Source: Eledone cirrhosa (taxonomy: Eukaryota). Taken from it: 64,000 nucleotides of DNA. Position numbers and translations under genes: made by a program. The stretch covers positions 60,078,001 to 60,142,000 of the forward strand of contig OZ024745.1 of NCBI GenBank assembly GCA_964016885.1, in the 5' to 3' direction. This document shows positions 25,437 through 37,804 of this stretch, piece by piece. Position 1 is the first letter of the stretch. Each line of letters begins with the position of its first letter. Under the pieces are notes generated by a model that had not been told where the DNA came from, did not search any database, and worked only from the letters and a program-made list of their open reading frames with translations.

Positions 25437-25892
25437 GACTTGGAGTGTAAACTGCGACTTGGAGTGTAAACTGCGACTTGGAGTGTAATGTACAACTTGG
25501 AGCATAATGTACAACTTGGAGCATAATGTACGACTTGGAGCATAATGTACGACTTAGAGTGTAATGTAGGACTTAGAGTGTAATGTAGGACTTTGAGTGT
25601 AATGTAGGACTTAGAGTGTAATGTAGGACTTAGAGTGTAATGTAGGACTAGGAGCATAATGTAGGACTAGGAGCATAATGTACGACTTGGAGTGTAATGT
25701 AGGACTTGGAGTGTAATGTAGGACTTGGAGTGTAAACTGCGAGTTGAAATATAAATTGCGACTTGGATTGTAAACCTTGACTTGCAGTGTATTGAACAAC
25801 TTGGGGTGTATACTGCGGCTTGGAGTGTAAACTGCGGCTCCGAATATAAACTACGACTTGCAGTGTCATATATGACTCTGAGTGAAAACCTC
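25437..25892. repeat. Cassette 11
   Basis: Offset 141 monomers; one private substitution (GACTTTGAGTGTAATGTAG). Confidence 0.95.
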
Positions 25893-28172
25893 GACTTGGA
25901 GTGAAAACCTCGACTTGGAGTGAGAACCTCGACTTGGAGTGAGAACCTCGACTTGGAGTGAGAACCTCGACTTGGAGTGAAAACCTCGACTTGGAGTGAA
26001 AACCTCGACTTGGAGTGAGAACCTCGACTTGGAGTGAAAATCTCGACTTGGAGTGAGAACCTCGACTTGGAGTGAAAACCTCGACTTGGAGTGAAAACCT
26101 CGACTTGGAGTGAGAACCTCGACTTGGAGTGAGAACCTCGATTTGGAGTGAAAACCTCGACTTGGAGTGAGAACCTCGACTTGGAGTGAGAACCTCGACT
26201 TGGAGTGAGAACCTCGACTTGGAGTGAAAACCTCGACTTGGATTGAGAACCTCGACTTGGAGTAAAAACCTCGACTTGGAGTGAGAACCTCGACTTGGAG
26301 TGAGAACCTCGACTTGGAGTGAGAACCTCGACTTGAAGTGAGAACCTCGACTTGGAGTGAGAACCTCGACTTGGAGTGAAAACCTCGACTTGGAGTGAAA
26401 ACTTCGACTTGGAGTGAGAACCTCGACTTGGAGTGAGAACCTCGACTTGGAGTGAGAACCTCGACTTGGAGTGAGAACCTCGACTTGGAGTGATAACCTC
26501 GACTTGGAGTGAGAACCTCGACTTGGAGTGAGAACCTCGACTTGGAGTGAAAACCTCGACTTGGAGTGAGAACCTCGACTTGGAGTGAGAACCTCGACTT
26601 GGAGTGAAAACCTCGACTTGGAGTGAAAACCTCGACTTGGAGTGAGAACCTCGACTTGGAGTGAAAACCTCGACTTGGAGTGAGAACCTCGACTTGGAGT
26701 GAAAACCTCGACTTGGAGTGAGAACCTCGACTTGGAGTGAGAACCTCGACTTTGAGTGAAAACCTCGACTTGGAGAGAGAACCTCGACTTGGAGTGAAAA
26801 CCTCGACTTTGAGTGAAAACCTCGACTTGGAGTGAGAACCTCGACTTTGAGTGAGAACCTCGACTTGGAGTGAGAACCTCGACTTGGAGTGAGAACCTCG
26901 ACTTGGAGTGAGAACCTCGACTTGGAGTGAGAACCTCGACTTGGAGTGAGAACCTCGACTTGGAGTGAGAACCTCGACTTGGAGTGAGAACCTCGACTTG
27001 GAGTGAAAACCTCGACTTGGAGTGAGAACCTCGACTTGGAGTGAAAACCTCGACTTGGAGTGAGAACCTCGACTTGGAGTGAAAACCTCGACTTGGAGTG
27101 AGAACCTCGACTTGGAGTGAAAACCTCGACTTGGAGTGAGAACCTCGACTTGGAGTGAAAACCTCGACTTGGAGTGAGAACCTCGACTTGGAGTGAAAAC
27201 CTCGACTTGGAGTGAGAACCTCGACTTGGAGTGAGAACCTCGACTTTGAGTGAAAACCTCGACTTGGAGAGAGAACCTCGACTTGGAGAGAGAACCTCGA
27301 CTTGGAGTGAAAACCTCGACTTTGAGTGAAAACCTCGACTTGGAGTGAAAACCTCGACTTGGAGTGAGAACCTCGACTTGGAGTGGAAACCTCGACTTGG
27401 AGTGGAAACCTCGACTTGGAGTGAAAACCTCGACTTGGAGTGAGAACCTCGACTTGGAGTGAGAACCTCGACTTGGAGTGAGAACCTCGACTTGGAGTGA
27501 GAACCTCGACTTGGAGTGAAAACCTCGACTTGGAGTGAAAACCTCGACTTGGAGTGAAAACCTCGACTTGGAGTGAGAACCTCGACTTGGAGTGAGAACC
27601 TCGACTTGGAGTGACAACCTCGACTTGGAGTGGAAACCTCGACTTGGAGTGAAAACCTCGACTTGGAGTGAATACCTCGACTTGGAATGAGAACCTCGAC
27701 TTGGAGTGAGAACCTCGACTTGGAGTGAAAACCTCGACTTGGAGTGAGAACCTTGACTTGGAGTGAGAACCTCGACTTGGAGTGAAAACCTCGACTTGGA
27801 GTGAGAACCTCGACTTGGAGTGAGAACCTCGACTTGGAGTGAGAACCTCGACGTGGAGTGAGAACCTCGACTTGGAGTGAGAACCTCGACTTGGAGTGAA
27901 AACCTCGACTTGGAGTGAGAACCTCGACTTGGAGTGAAAACCTCGACTTGGTGTGAGAACCTCGACTTGGAGTGAGAACCTCGACTTGGAGTGAAAACCT
28001 CGACTTGGAGTGAAAACCTCGACTTGGAGTGAAAACCTCGACTTGGAGTGAGAACCTCGACTTGGAGTGAAAACCTCGACTTGGAGTGAGAACCTCTACT
28101 TGGAGTGAAAACCTCGACTTGGAGTGTAAACTGCGACTTGGAGTGAGTACCTCGACTTGGAGTGAAAACCTC

Positions 28173-28628
28173 GACTTGGAGTGTAAACTGCGACTTGGAG
28201 TGTAAACTGCGACTTGGAGTGTAATGTACAACTTGGAGCATAATGTACAACTTGGAGCATAATGTACGACTTGGAGCATAATGTACGACTTAGAGTGTAA
28301 TGTAGGACTTAGAGTGTAATGTAGGACTTAGAGTGTAATGTAGGACTTAGAGTGTAATGTAGGACTTAGAGTGTAATGTAGGACTAGGAGCATAATGTAG
28401 GACTAGGAGCATAATGTACGACTTGGAGTGTAATGTAGGACTTGGAGTGTAATGTAGGACTTGGAGTGTAAACTGCGAGTTGAAATATAAATTGCGACTT
28501 GGATTGTAAACCTTGACTTGCAGTGTATTGAACAACTTGGGGTGTATACTGCGGCTTGGAGTGTAAACTGCGGCTCCGAATATAAACTACGACTTGCAGT
28601 GTCATATATGACTCTGAGTGAAAACCTC
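28173..28628. repeat. Cassette 12
   Basis: Offset 144 monomers. Confidence 0.95.
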
Positions 28629-29958
28629 GACTTGGAGTGAAAACCTCGACTTGGAGTGAGAACCTCGACTTGGAGTGAGAACCTCGACTTGGAGTGAAAA
28701 CCTCGACTTGGAGTGAGAACCTCGACTTGGAGTGAAAACCTCGACTTGGAGTGAAAACCTCGACTTGGAGTGAGAACCTCGACTTGGAGTGAAAATCTCG
28801 ACTTGGAGTGAGAACCTCGACTTGGAGTGAAAACCTCGACTTGGAGTGAAAACCTCGACTTGGAGTGAGAACCTCGACTTGGAGTGAGAACCTCGATTTG
28901 GAGTGAAAACCTCGACTTGGAGTGAGAACCTCGACTTGCAGTGAAAACCTCGACTTGGAGTGAGAACCTCGACTTGCAGTGAAAACCTCGACTTGGAGTG
29001 AGAACCTCGACTTGGAGTGAAAACCTCGACTTGCAGTGAAAACCTCGACTTGGAGTGAGAACCTCGACTTGGAGTGAAAACCTCGACTTGGAGTGAAAAC
29101 CTCGACTTGGAATGAAGACCTCGACTTGGAGTGAGAACCTCGACTTGGAGTGAGAACCTCGACTTGGAGTGAGAACCTCGACTTGGAGTGAGAACCTCGA
29201 CTTGGAGTGAGAACCTCGACTTGGAGTGTAAACTGCGACTCTGAGTGAAAACCTCGACGTGGAGTGAGAACCTCGACTTGGAGTGAAAACCTCGACTTGG
29301 AGTGAGAACCTCGACTTGGAGTGAGAACCTCGACTTGGAGTGAAAACCTCGACTTGGAGTGAAAACCTCGACTTGGAGTGAAAACCTCGACTTGGAGTGA
29401 GAACCTCGACTTGGAGTGAAAACCTCGACTTGGAGTGAAAACCTCGACTTGGAGTGAGAACCTCGACTTGGAGTGAGAACCTCGACTTGGAGTGAGAACC
29501 TCGACTTGGAGTGTAAACTGCGACTCTGAGTGAAAACCTCGACTTGGAGTGAGAACCTCGACTTGGAGTGAAAACCTCGACTTGGAGTGAGAACCTCGAC
29601 TTGGAGTCAGAACCTCGACTTGGAGTCAGAACCTCGACTTGGAGTCAGAACCTCGACTTGGAGTCAGAACCTCGACTTGGAGTCAGAACCTCGACTTGGA
29701 GTGAAAACCTCGACTTGGAGTGAAAACCTCGACTTGGAGTGAGAACCTCGACTTGGAGTCAGAACCTCGACTTGGAGTGAAAACCTCGACTTGGAGTGAA
29801 AACCTCGACTTGGAGTGAGAACCTCGACTTGGAGTGAGAACCTCGACTTGGAGTGAAAACCTCGACTTGGAGTGAGAACCTCTACTTGGAGTGAAAACCT
29901 CGACTTGGAGTGTAAACTGCGACTTGGAGTGAGAACCTCGACTTGGAGTGAAAACCTC

Positions 29959-30414
29959 GACTTGGAGTGTAAACTGCGACTTGGAGTGTAAACTGCGACT
30001 TGGAGTGTAATGTACAACTTGGAGCATAATGTACAACTTGGAGCATAATGTACGACTTGGAGCATAATGTACGACTTAGAGTGTAATGTAGGACTTAGAG
30101 TGTAATGTAGGACTTAGAGTGTAATGTAGGACTTAGAGTGTAATGTAGGACTTAGAGTGTAATGTAGGACTAGGAGCATAATGTAGGACTAGGAGCATAA
30201 TGTACGACTTGGAGTGTAATGTAGGACTTGGAGTGTAATGTAGGACTTGGAGTGTAAACTGCGAGTTGAAATATAAATTGCGACTTGGATTGTAAACCTT
30301 GACTTGCAGTGTATTGAACAACTTGGGGTGTATACTGCGGCTTGGAGTGTAAACTGCGGCTCCGAATATAAACTACGACTTGCAGTGTCATATATGACTC
30401 TGAGTGAAAACCTC
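29959..30414. repeat. Cassette 13
   Basis: Offset 94 monomers. Confidence 0.95.
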
Positions 30415-32807
30415 GACTTGGAGTGAAAACCTCGACTTGGAGTGAGAACCTCGACTTGGAGTGAGAACCTCGACTTGGAGTGAAAACCTCGACTTGGAGT
30501 GAGAACCTCGACTTTGAGTGAAAACCTCGACTTGGAGTGAAAACCTCGACTTGGAGTGAGAACCTCGACTTGGAGTGAAAATCTCGACTTGGAGTGAGAA
30601 CCTCGACTTGGAGTGAAAACCTCGACTTGGAGTGAAAACCTCGACTTGGAGTGAGAACCTCGACTTGGAGTGAGAACCTCGATTTGGAGTGAAAACCTCG
30701 ACTTGGAGTGAGAACCTCGACTTGGAGTGAGAACCTCGACTTGGAGTGAGAACCTCGACTTGGAGTGAAAACCTCGACTTGGATTGAGAACCTCGACTTG
30801 GAGTAAAAACCTCGACTTGGAGTGAGAACCTCGACTTGGAGTGAGAACCTCGACTTGGAGTGAGAACCTCGACTTGAAGTGAGAACCTCGACTTGGAGTG
30901 AGAACCTCGACTTGGAGTGAAAACCTCGACTTGGAGTGAAAACTTCGACTTGGAGTGAGAACCTCGACTTGGAGTGAGAACCTCGACTTGGAGTGAGAAC
31001 CTCGACTTGGAGTGAGAACCTCGACTTGGAGTGATAACCTCGACTTGGAGTGAGAACCTCGACTTGGAGTGAGAACCTCGACTTGGAGTGAAAACCTCGA
31101 CTTGGAGTGAGAACCTCGACTTGGAGTGAAAACCTCGACTTGGAGTGAGAACCTCGACTTGGAGCGAAAACCTCGACTTGGAGTGAGAACCTCGACTTGG
31201 AGTGAAAACCTCGACTTGGAGTGAGAACCTCGACTTGGAGTGAGAACCTCGACTTTGAGTGAAAACCTCGACTTGGAGAGAGAACCTCGACTTGGAGTGA
31301 AAACCTCGACTTTGAGTGAAAACCTCGACTTGGAGTGAGAACCTCGACTTTGAGTGAGAACCTCGACTTGGAGTGAGAACCTCGACTTGGAGTGAGAACC
31401 TCGACTTGGAGTGAGAACCTCGACTTGGAGTGAGAACCTCGACTTGGAGTGAGAACCTCGACTTGGAGTGAGAACCTCGACTTGGAGTGAAAACCTCGAC
31501 TTGGAGTGAGAACCTCGACTTGGAGTGAAAACCTCGACTTGGAGTGAGAACCTCGACTTGGAGTGAAAACCTCGACTTGGAGTGAGAACCTCGACTTGGA
31601 GTGAAAACCTCGACTTGGAGTGAGAACCTCGACTTGGAGTGAAAACCTCGACTTGGAGTGAGAACCTCGACTTGCAGTGAAAACCTCGACTTGGAGTGAG
31701 AACCTCGACTTGCAGTGAAAACCTCGACTTGGAGTGAGAACCTCGACTTGGAGTGAAAACCTCGACTTGCAGTGAAAACCTCGACTTGGAGTGAGAACCT
31801 CGACTTGGAGTGAAAACCTCGACTTGGAGTGAAAACCTCGACTTGGAATGAAAACCTCGACTTGGAGTGAGAACCTCGACTTGGAGTGAGAACCTCGACT
31901 TGGAGTGAGAACCTCGACTTGGAGTGAGAACCTCGACTTGGAGTGAGAACCTCGACTTGGAGTGAGAACCTCGACTTGGAGTGTAAACTGCGACTCTGAG
32001 TGAAAACCTCGACTTGGAGTGAGAACCTCGACTTGGAGTGAAAACCTCGACTTGGAGTGAGAACCTCGACTTGGAGTGAGAACCTCGACTTGGAGTGAAA
32101 ACCTCGACTTGGAGTGAAAACCTCGACTTGGAGTGAAAACCTCGACTTGGAGTGAGAACCTCGACTTGGAGTGAAAACCTCGACTTGGAGTGAAAACCTC
32201 GACTTGGAGTGTAAACTGCGACTCTGAGTGAAAACCTCGACTTGGAGTGAGAACCTCGACTTGGAGTGAAAACCTCGACTTGGAGTGAGAACCTCGACTT
32301 GGAGTGAGAACCTCGACTTGGAGTGAAAACCTCGACTTGGCTGAAAACCTCGACTTGGAGTGAGAACCTCGACTTGGAGTGAGAACCTCGACTTGGAGTG
32401 AGAACCTCGACTTGGAGTGAGAACCTCGACTTGGAGTGTAAACTGCGACTCTGAGTGAAAACCTCGACTTGGAGTGAGAACCTCGACTTGGAGTGAAAAC
32501 CTCGACTTGGAGTGAGAACCTCGACTTGGAGTCAGAACCTCGACTTGGAGTCAGAACCTCGACTTGGAGTCAGAACCTCGACTTGGAGTCAGAACCTCGA
32601 CTTGGAGTCAGAACCTCGACTTGGAGTCAGAACCTCGACTTGGAGTGAAAACCTCGACTTGGAGTGAAAACCTCGACTTGGAGTGAGAACCTCGACTTGG
32701 AGTGAAAACCTCGACTTGGAGTGAGAACCTCTACTTGGAGTGAAAACCTCGACTTGGAGTGTAAACTGCGACTTGGAGTGAGAACCTCGACTTGGAGTGA
32801 AAACCTC

Positions 32808-33225
32808 GACTTGGAGTGTAAACTGCGACTTGGAGTGTAAACTGCGACTTGGAGTGTAATGTACAACTTGGAGCATAATGTACAACTTGGAGCATAATGT
32901 ACGACTTGGAGCATAATGTACGACTTAGAGTGTAATGTAGGACTTAGAGTGTAATGTAGGACTTAGAGTGTAATGTAGGACTAGGAGCATAATGTAGGAC
33001 TAGGAGCATAATGTACGACTTGGAGTGTAATGTAGGACTTGGAGTGTAATGTAGGACTTGGAGTGTAAACTGCGAGTTGAAATATAAATTGCGACTTGGA
33101 TTGTAAACCTTGACTTGCAGTGTATTGAACAACTTGGGGTGTATACTGCGGCTTGGAGTGTAAACTGCGGCTCCGAATATAAACTACGACTTGCAGTGTC
33201 ATATATGACTCTGAGTGAAAACCTC
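32808..33225. repeat. Cassette 14 (22 monomers)
   Basis: Has 3 rather than 5 GACTTAGAGTGTAATGTAG monomers; offset 148 monomers minus 1 bp. Confidence 0.93.
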
Positions 33226-34118
33226 GACTTGGAGTGAAAACCTCGACTTGGAGTCAGAACCTCGACTTGGAGTGAGAACCTCGACTTGGAGTGAGAACCT
33301 CGACTTGGAGTGAAAACCTCGACTTGGAGTGAGAACCTCGACTTGGAGTGAGAACCTCGACTTGGAGTGAGAACCTCGACTTGGAGTGAAAACCTCGACT
33401 TGGAGTGAGAACCTCGACTTGGAGTGAAAACCTCGACTTGGAGTGAAAACCTCGACTTGGAGTGAAAACCTCGACTTGGAGTGAAAACCTCGACTTGGAG
33501 TGAGAACCTCGACTTGGAGTGAAAACCTCGACTTGGTGTGAGAACCTCGACTTGGAGTGAGAACCTCGACTTGGAGTGAGAACGTCGAATTGGAGTGAGA
33601 ACGTCGACTTGGAGTGAGAACCTCGACTTGGAGTGAAAACCTCGACTTGGAGTGAAAACCTCGACTTGGAGTGAGAACCTCGACTTGGAGTGAGAACCTC
33701 GACTTGGAGTGAAAACCTCGACTTGGAGTGAGAACCTCGACTTGGAGTGAGAACCTCGACTTGGAGTGAAAACCTCGACTTGGAGTGAGAACCTCGACTT
33801 GGAGTGAGAACCTCGACTTGGAGTGAAAACCTCGACTTGGAGTGAAAACTTCGACTTGGAGTGAGAACCTCGACTTGGAGTGAGAACCTCGACTTGGAGT
33901 GAGAACCTCGACTTGGAGTGAAAACCTCGACTTGGTGCGAGAACCTCGACTTGGAGTTAAAACCTCGACTTGGAGTGAGAACCTCGACTTTGAGTGAGAA
34001 CCTCGACTTGGAGTGAAAACCTCGACTTGGAGTGAGAACCTCTACTTGGAGTGAAAACCTCGACTTGGAGTGTAAACTGCGACTTGGAGTGAGAACCTCG
34101 ACTTGGAGTGAAAACCTC

Positions 34119-34574
34119 GACTTGGAGTGTAAACTGCGACTTGGAGTGTAAACTGCGACTTGGAGTGTAATGTACAACTTGGAGCATAATGTACAACTTG
34201 GAGCATAATGTACGACTTGGAGCATAATGTACGACTTAGAGTGTAATGTAGGACTTAGAGTGTAATGTAGGACTTAGAGTGTAATGTAGGACTTAGAGTG
34301 TAATGTAGGACTTAGAGTGTAATGTAGGACTAGGAGCATAATGTAGGACTAGGAGCATAATGTACGACTTGGAGTGTAATGTAGGACTTGGAGTGTAATG
34401 TAGGACTTGGAGTGTAAACTGCGAGTTGAAATATAAATTGCGACTTGGATTGTAAACCTTGACTTGCAGTGTATTGAACAACTTGGGGTGTATACTGCGG
34501 CTTGGAGTGTAAACTGCGGCTCCGAATATAAACTACGACTTGCAGTGTCATATATGACTCTGAGTGAAAACCTC
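34119..34574. repeat. Cassette 15
   Basis: Offset 71 monomers, the same as cassette 1 to 2. Confidence 0.95.
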
Positions 34575-37348
34575 GACTTGGAGTGAAAACCTCGACTTGG
34601 AGTGAGAACCTCGACTTGGAGTGAGAACCTCGACTTGGAGTGAAAACCTCGACTTGGAGTGAGAACCTCGACTTGGAGTGAAAACCTCGACTTGGAGTGA
34701 AAACCTCGACTTGGAGTGAGAACCTCGACTTGGAGTGAAAACCTCGACTTGGAGTGAAAACCTCGACTTGGAGTGAGAACCTCGACTTGGAGTGAAAACC
34801 TCGACTTGGAGTGAGAACCTCGACTTGGAGTGAAAACCTCGACTTGGAGTGAAAACCTCGACTTGGAGTGAGAACCTCGACTTGGAGTGAGAACCTCGAC
34901 TTGGAGTGAAAACCTCGACTTGGAGTGAGAACCTCGACTTGGAGTGAGAACCTCGACTTGGAGTGAGAACCTCGACTTGGAGTGAAAACCTCGACTTGGA
35001 GTGAAAACCTCGACTTGGATTGAGAACCTCGACTTGGAGTGAAAACCTCGACTTGGAGTGAGAACCTCGACTTGGAGTGAGAACCTCGACTTGGAGTGAG
35101 AACCTCGACTTGAAGTGAGAACCTCGACTTGGAGTGAGAACCTCGACTTGGAGTGAGAACCTCGACTTGGAGTGAAAACTTCGACTTGGAGTGAGAACCT
35201 CGACTTGGAGTGAGAACCTCGACTTGGAGTGAGAACCTCGACTTGGAGTGAGAACCTCGACTTGGAGTGAGAACCTCGACTTGGAGTGATAACCTCGACT
35301 TGGAGTGAGAACCTCGACTTGGAGTGAGAACCTCGACTTGGAGTGAAAACCTCGACTTGGAGTGAGAACCTCGACTTGGAGTGAAAACCTCGACTTGGAG
35401 TGAGAACCTCGACTTGGAGTGAAAACCTCGACTTGGAGTGAGAACCTCGACTTGGAGTGAAAACCTCGACTTGGAGTGAGAACCTCAACTTGGAGTGAGA
35501 ACCTCGACTTTGAGTGAAAACCTCGACTTGGAGAGAGAACCTCGACTTGGAGTGAAAACCTCGACTTGGAGTGAAAACCTCGACTTGGAGTGAGAACCTC
35601 GACTTTGAGTGAGAACCTCGACTTGGAGTGAGAACCTCGACTTGGAGTGAGAACCTCGACTTGGAGTGAGAACCTCGACTTGGAGTGAGAACCTCGACTT
35701 GGAGTGAGAACCTCGACTTGGAGTGAGAACCTCGACTTGGAGTGAAAACCTCGACTTGGAGTGAGAACCTCGACTTGGAGTGAAAACCTCGACTTGGAGT
35801 GAGAACCTCGACTTGGAGTGAAAACCTCGACTTGGAGTGAGAACCTCGACTTGGAGTGAAAACCTCGACTTGGAGTGAGAACCTCGACTTGGAGTGAAAA
35901 CCTCGACTTGGAGTGAGAACCTCGACTTGGAGTGAAAACCTCGACTTGGAGTGAGAACCTCGACTTGGAGTGAGAACCTCGACTTTGAGTGAAAACCTCG
36001 ACTTGGAGAGAGAACCTCGACTTGGAGAGAGAACCTCGACTTGGAGTGAAAACCTCGACTTTGAGTGAAAACCTCGACTTGGAGTGAAAACCTCGACTTG
36101 GAGTGAGAACCTCGACTTGGAGTGGAAACCTCGACTTGGAGTGGAAACCTCGACTTGGAGTGAAAACCTCGACTTGGAGTGAGAACCTCGACTTGGAGTG
36201 ATAACCTCGACTTGGAGTGAGAACCTCGACTTGGAGTGAGAACCTCGACTTGGAGTGAAAACCTCGACTTGGAGTGAAAACCTCGACTTGGAGTGAAAAC
36301 CTCGACTTGGAGTGAGAACCTCGACTTGGAGTGAGAACCTCGACTTGGAGTGACAACCTCGACTTGGAGTGGAAACCTCGACTTGGAGTGAAAACCTCGA
36401 CTTGGAGTGAAAACCTCGACTTGGAATGAGAACCTCGACTTGGAGTGAGAACCTCGACTTGGAGTGAAAACCTCGACTTGGAGTGAGAACCTCGACTTGG
36501 AGTGAGAACCTCGACTTGGAGTGAAAACCTCGACTTGGAGTGAGAACCTCGACTTGGAGTGAGAACCTCGACTTGGAGTGAGAACCTCGACGTGGAGTGA
36601 GAACCTCGACTTGGAGTGAGAACCTCGACTTGGAGTGAAAACCTCGACTTGGAGTGAGAACCTCGACTTGGAGTGAAAACCTCGACTTGGTGTGAGAACC
36701 TCGACTTGGAGTGAGAACCTCGACTTGGAGTGAAAACCTCGACTTGGAGTGAAAACCTCGACTTGGAGTGAAAACCTCGACTTGGAGTGAAAACCTCGAC
36801 TTGGAGTGAGAACCTCGACTTGCAGTGAAAACCTCGACTTGGAGTGAGAACCTCGACTTGGAGTGAGAACCTCGATTTGCAGTGAAAACCTCGACTTGGA
36901 GTGAGAACCTCGATTTGCAGTGAAAACCTCGACTTGGAGTGAGAACCTCGACTTGCAGTGAAAACCTCGACTTGGAGTGAGAACCTCGACTTGCAGTGAA
37001 AACCTCGACTTGGATTGAGAACCTCGACTTGCAGTGAAAACCTCGACTTGGAGTGAGAACCTCGACTTGGAGTGAGAACCTCGACTTGGAGTGAGAACCT
37101 CGACTTGGAGTGAGAACCTCGACTTGGAGTGAGAACCTCGACTTGGAGTGAAAACCTCGACTTGGTGCGAGAACCTCGACTTGGAGTTAAAACCTCGACT
37201 TGGAGTGAGAACCTCGACTTTGAGTGAGAACCTCGACTTGGAGTGAAAACCTCGACTTGGAGTGAGAACCTCTACTTGGAGTGAAAACCTCGACTTGGAG
37301 TGTAAACTGCGACTTGGAGTGAGAACCTCGACTTGGAGTGAAAACCTC

Positions 37349-37804
37349 GACTTGGAGTGTAAACTGCGACTTGGAGTGTAAACTGCGACTTGGAGTGTAA
37401 TGTACAACTTGGAGCATAATGTACAACTTGGAGCATAATGTACGACTTGGAGCATAATGTACGACTTAGAGTGTAATGTAGGACTTAGAGTGTAATGTAG
37501 GACTTAGAGTGTAATGTAGGACTTAGAGTGTAATGTAGGACTTAGAGTGTAATGTAGGACTAGGAGCATAATGTAGGACTAGGAGCATAATGTACGACTT
37601 GGAGTGTAATGTAGGACTTGGAGTGTAATGTAGGACTTGGAGTGTAAACTGCGAGTTGAAATATAAATTGCGACTTGGATTGTAAACCTTGACTTGCAGT
37701 GTATTGAACAACTTGGGGTGTATACTGCGGCTTGGAGTGTAAACTGCGGCTCCGAATATAAACTACGACTTGCAGTGTCATATATGACTCTGAGTGAAAA
37801 CCTC
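37349..37804. repeat. Cassette 16
   Basis: Offset 170 monomers. Confidence 0.95.
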
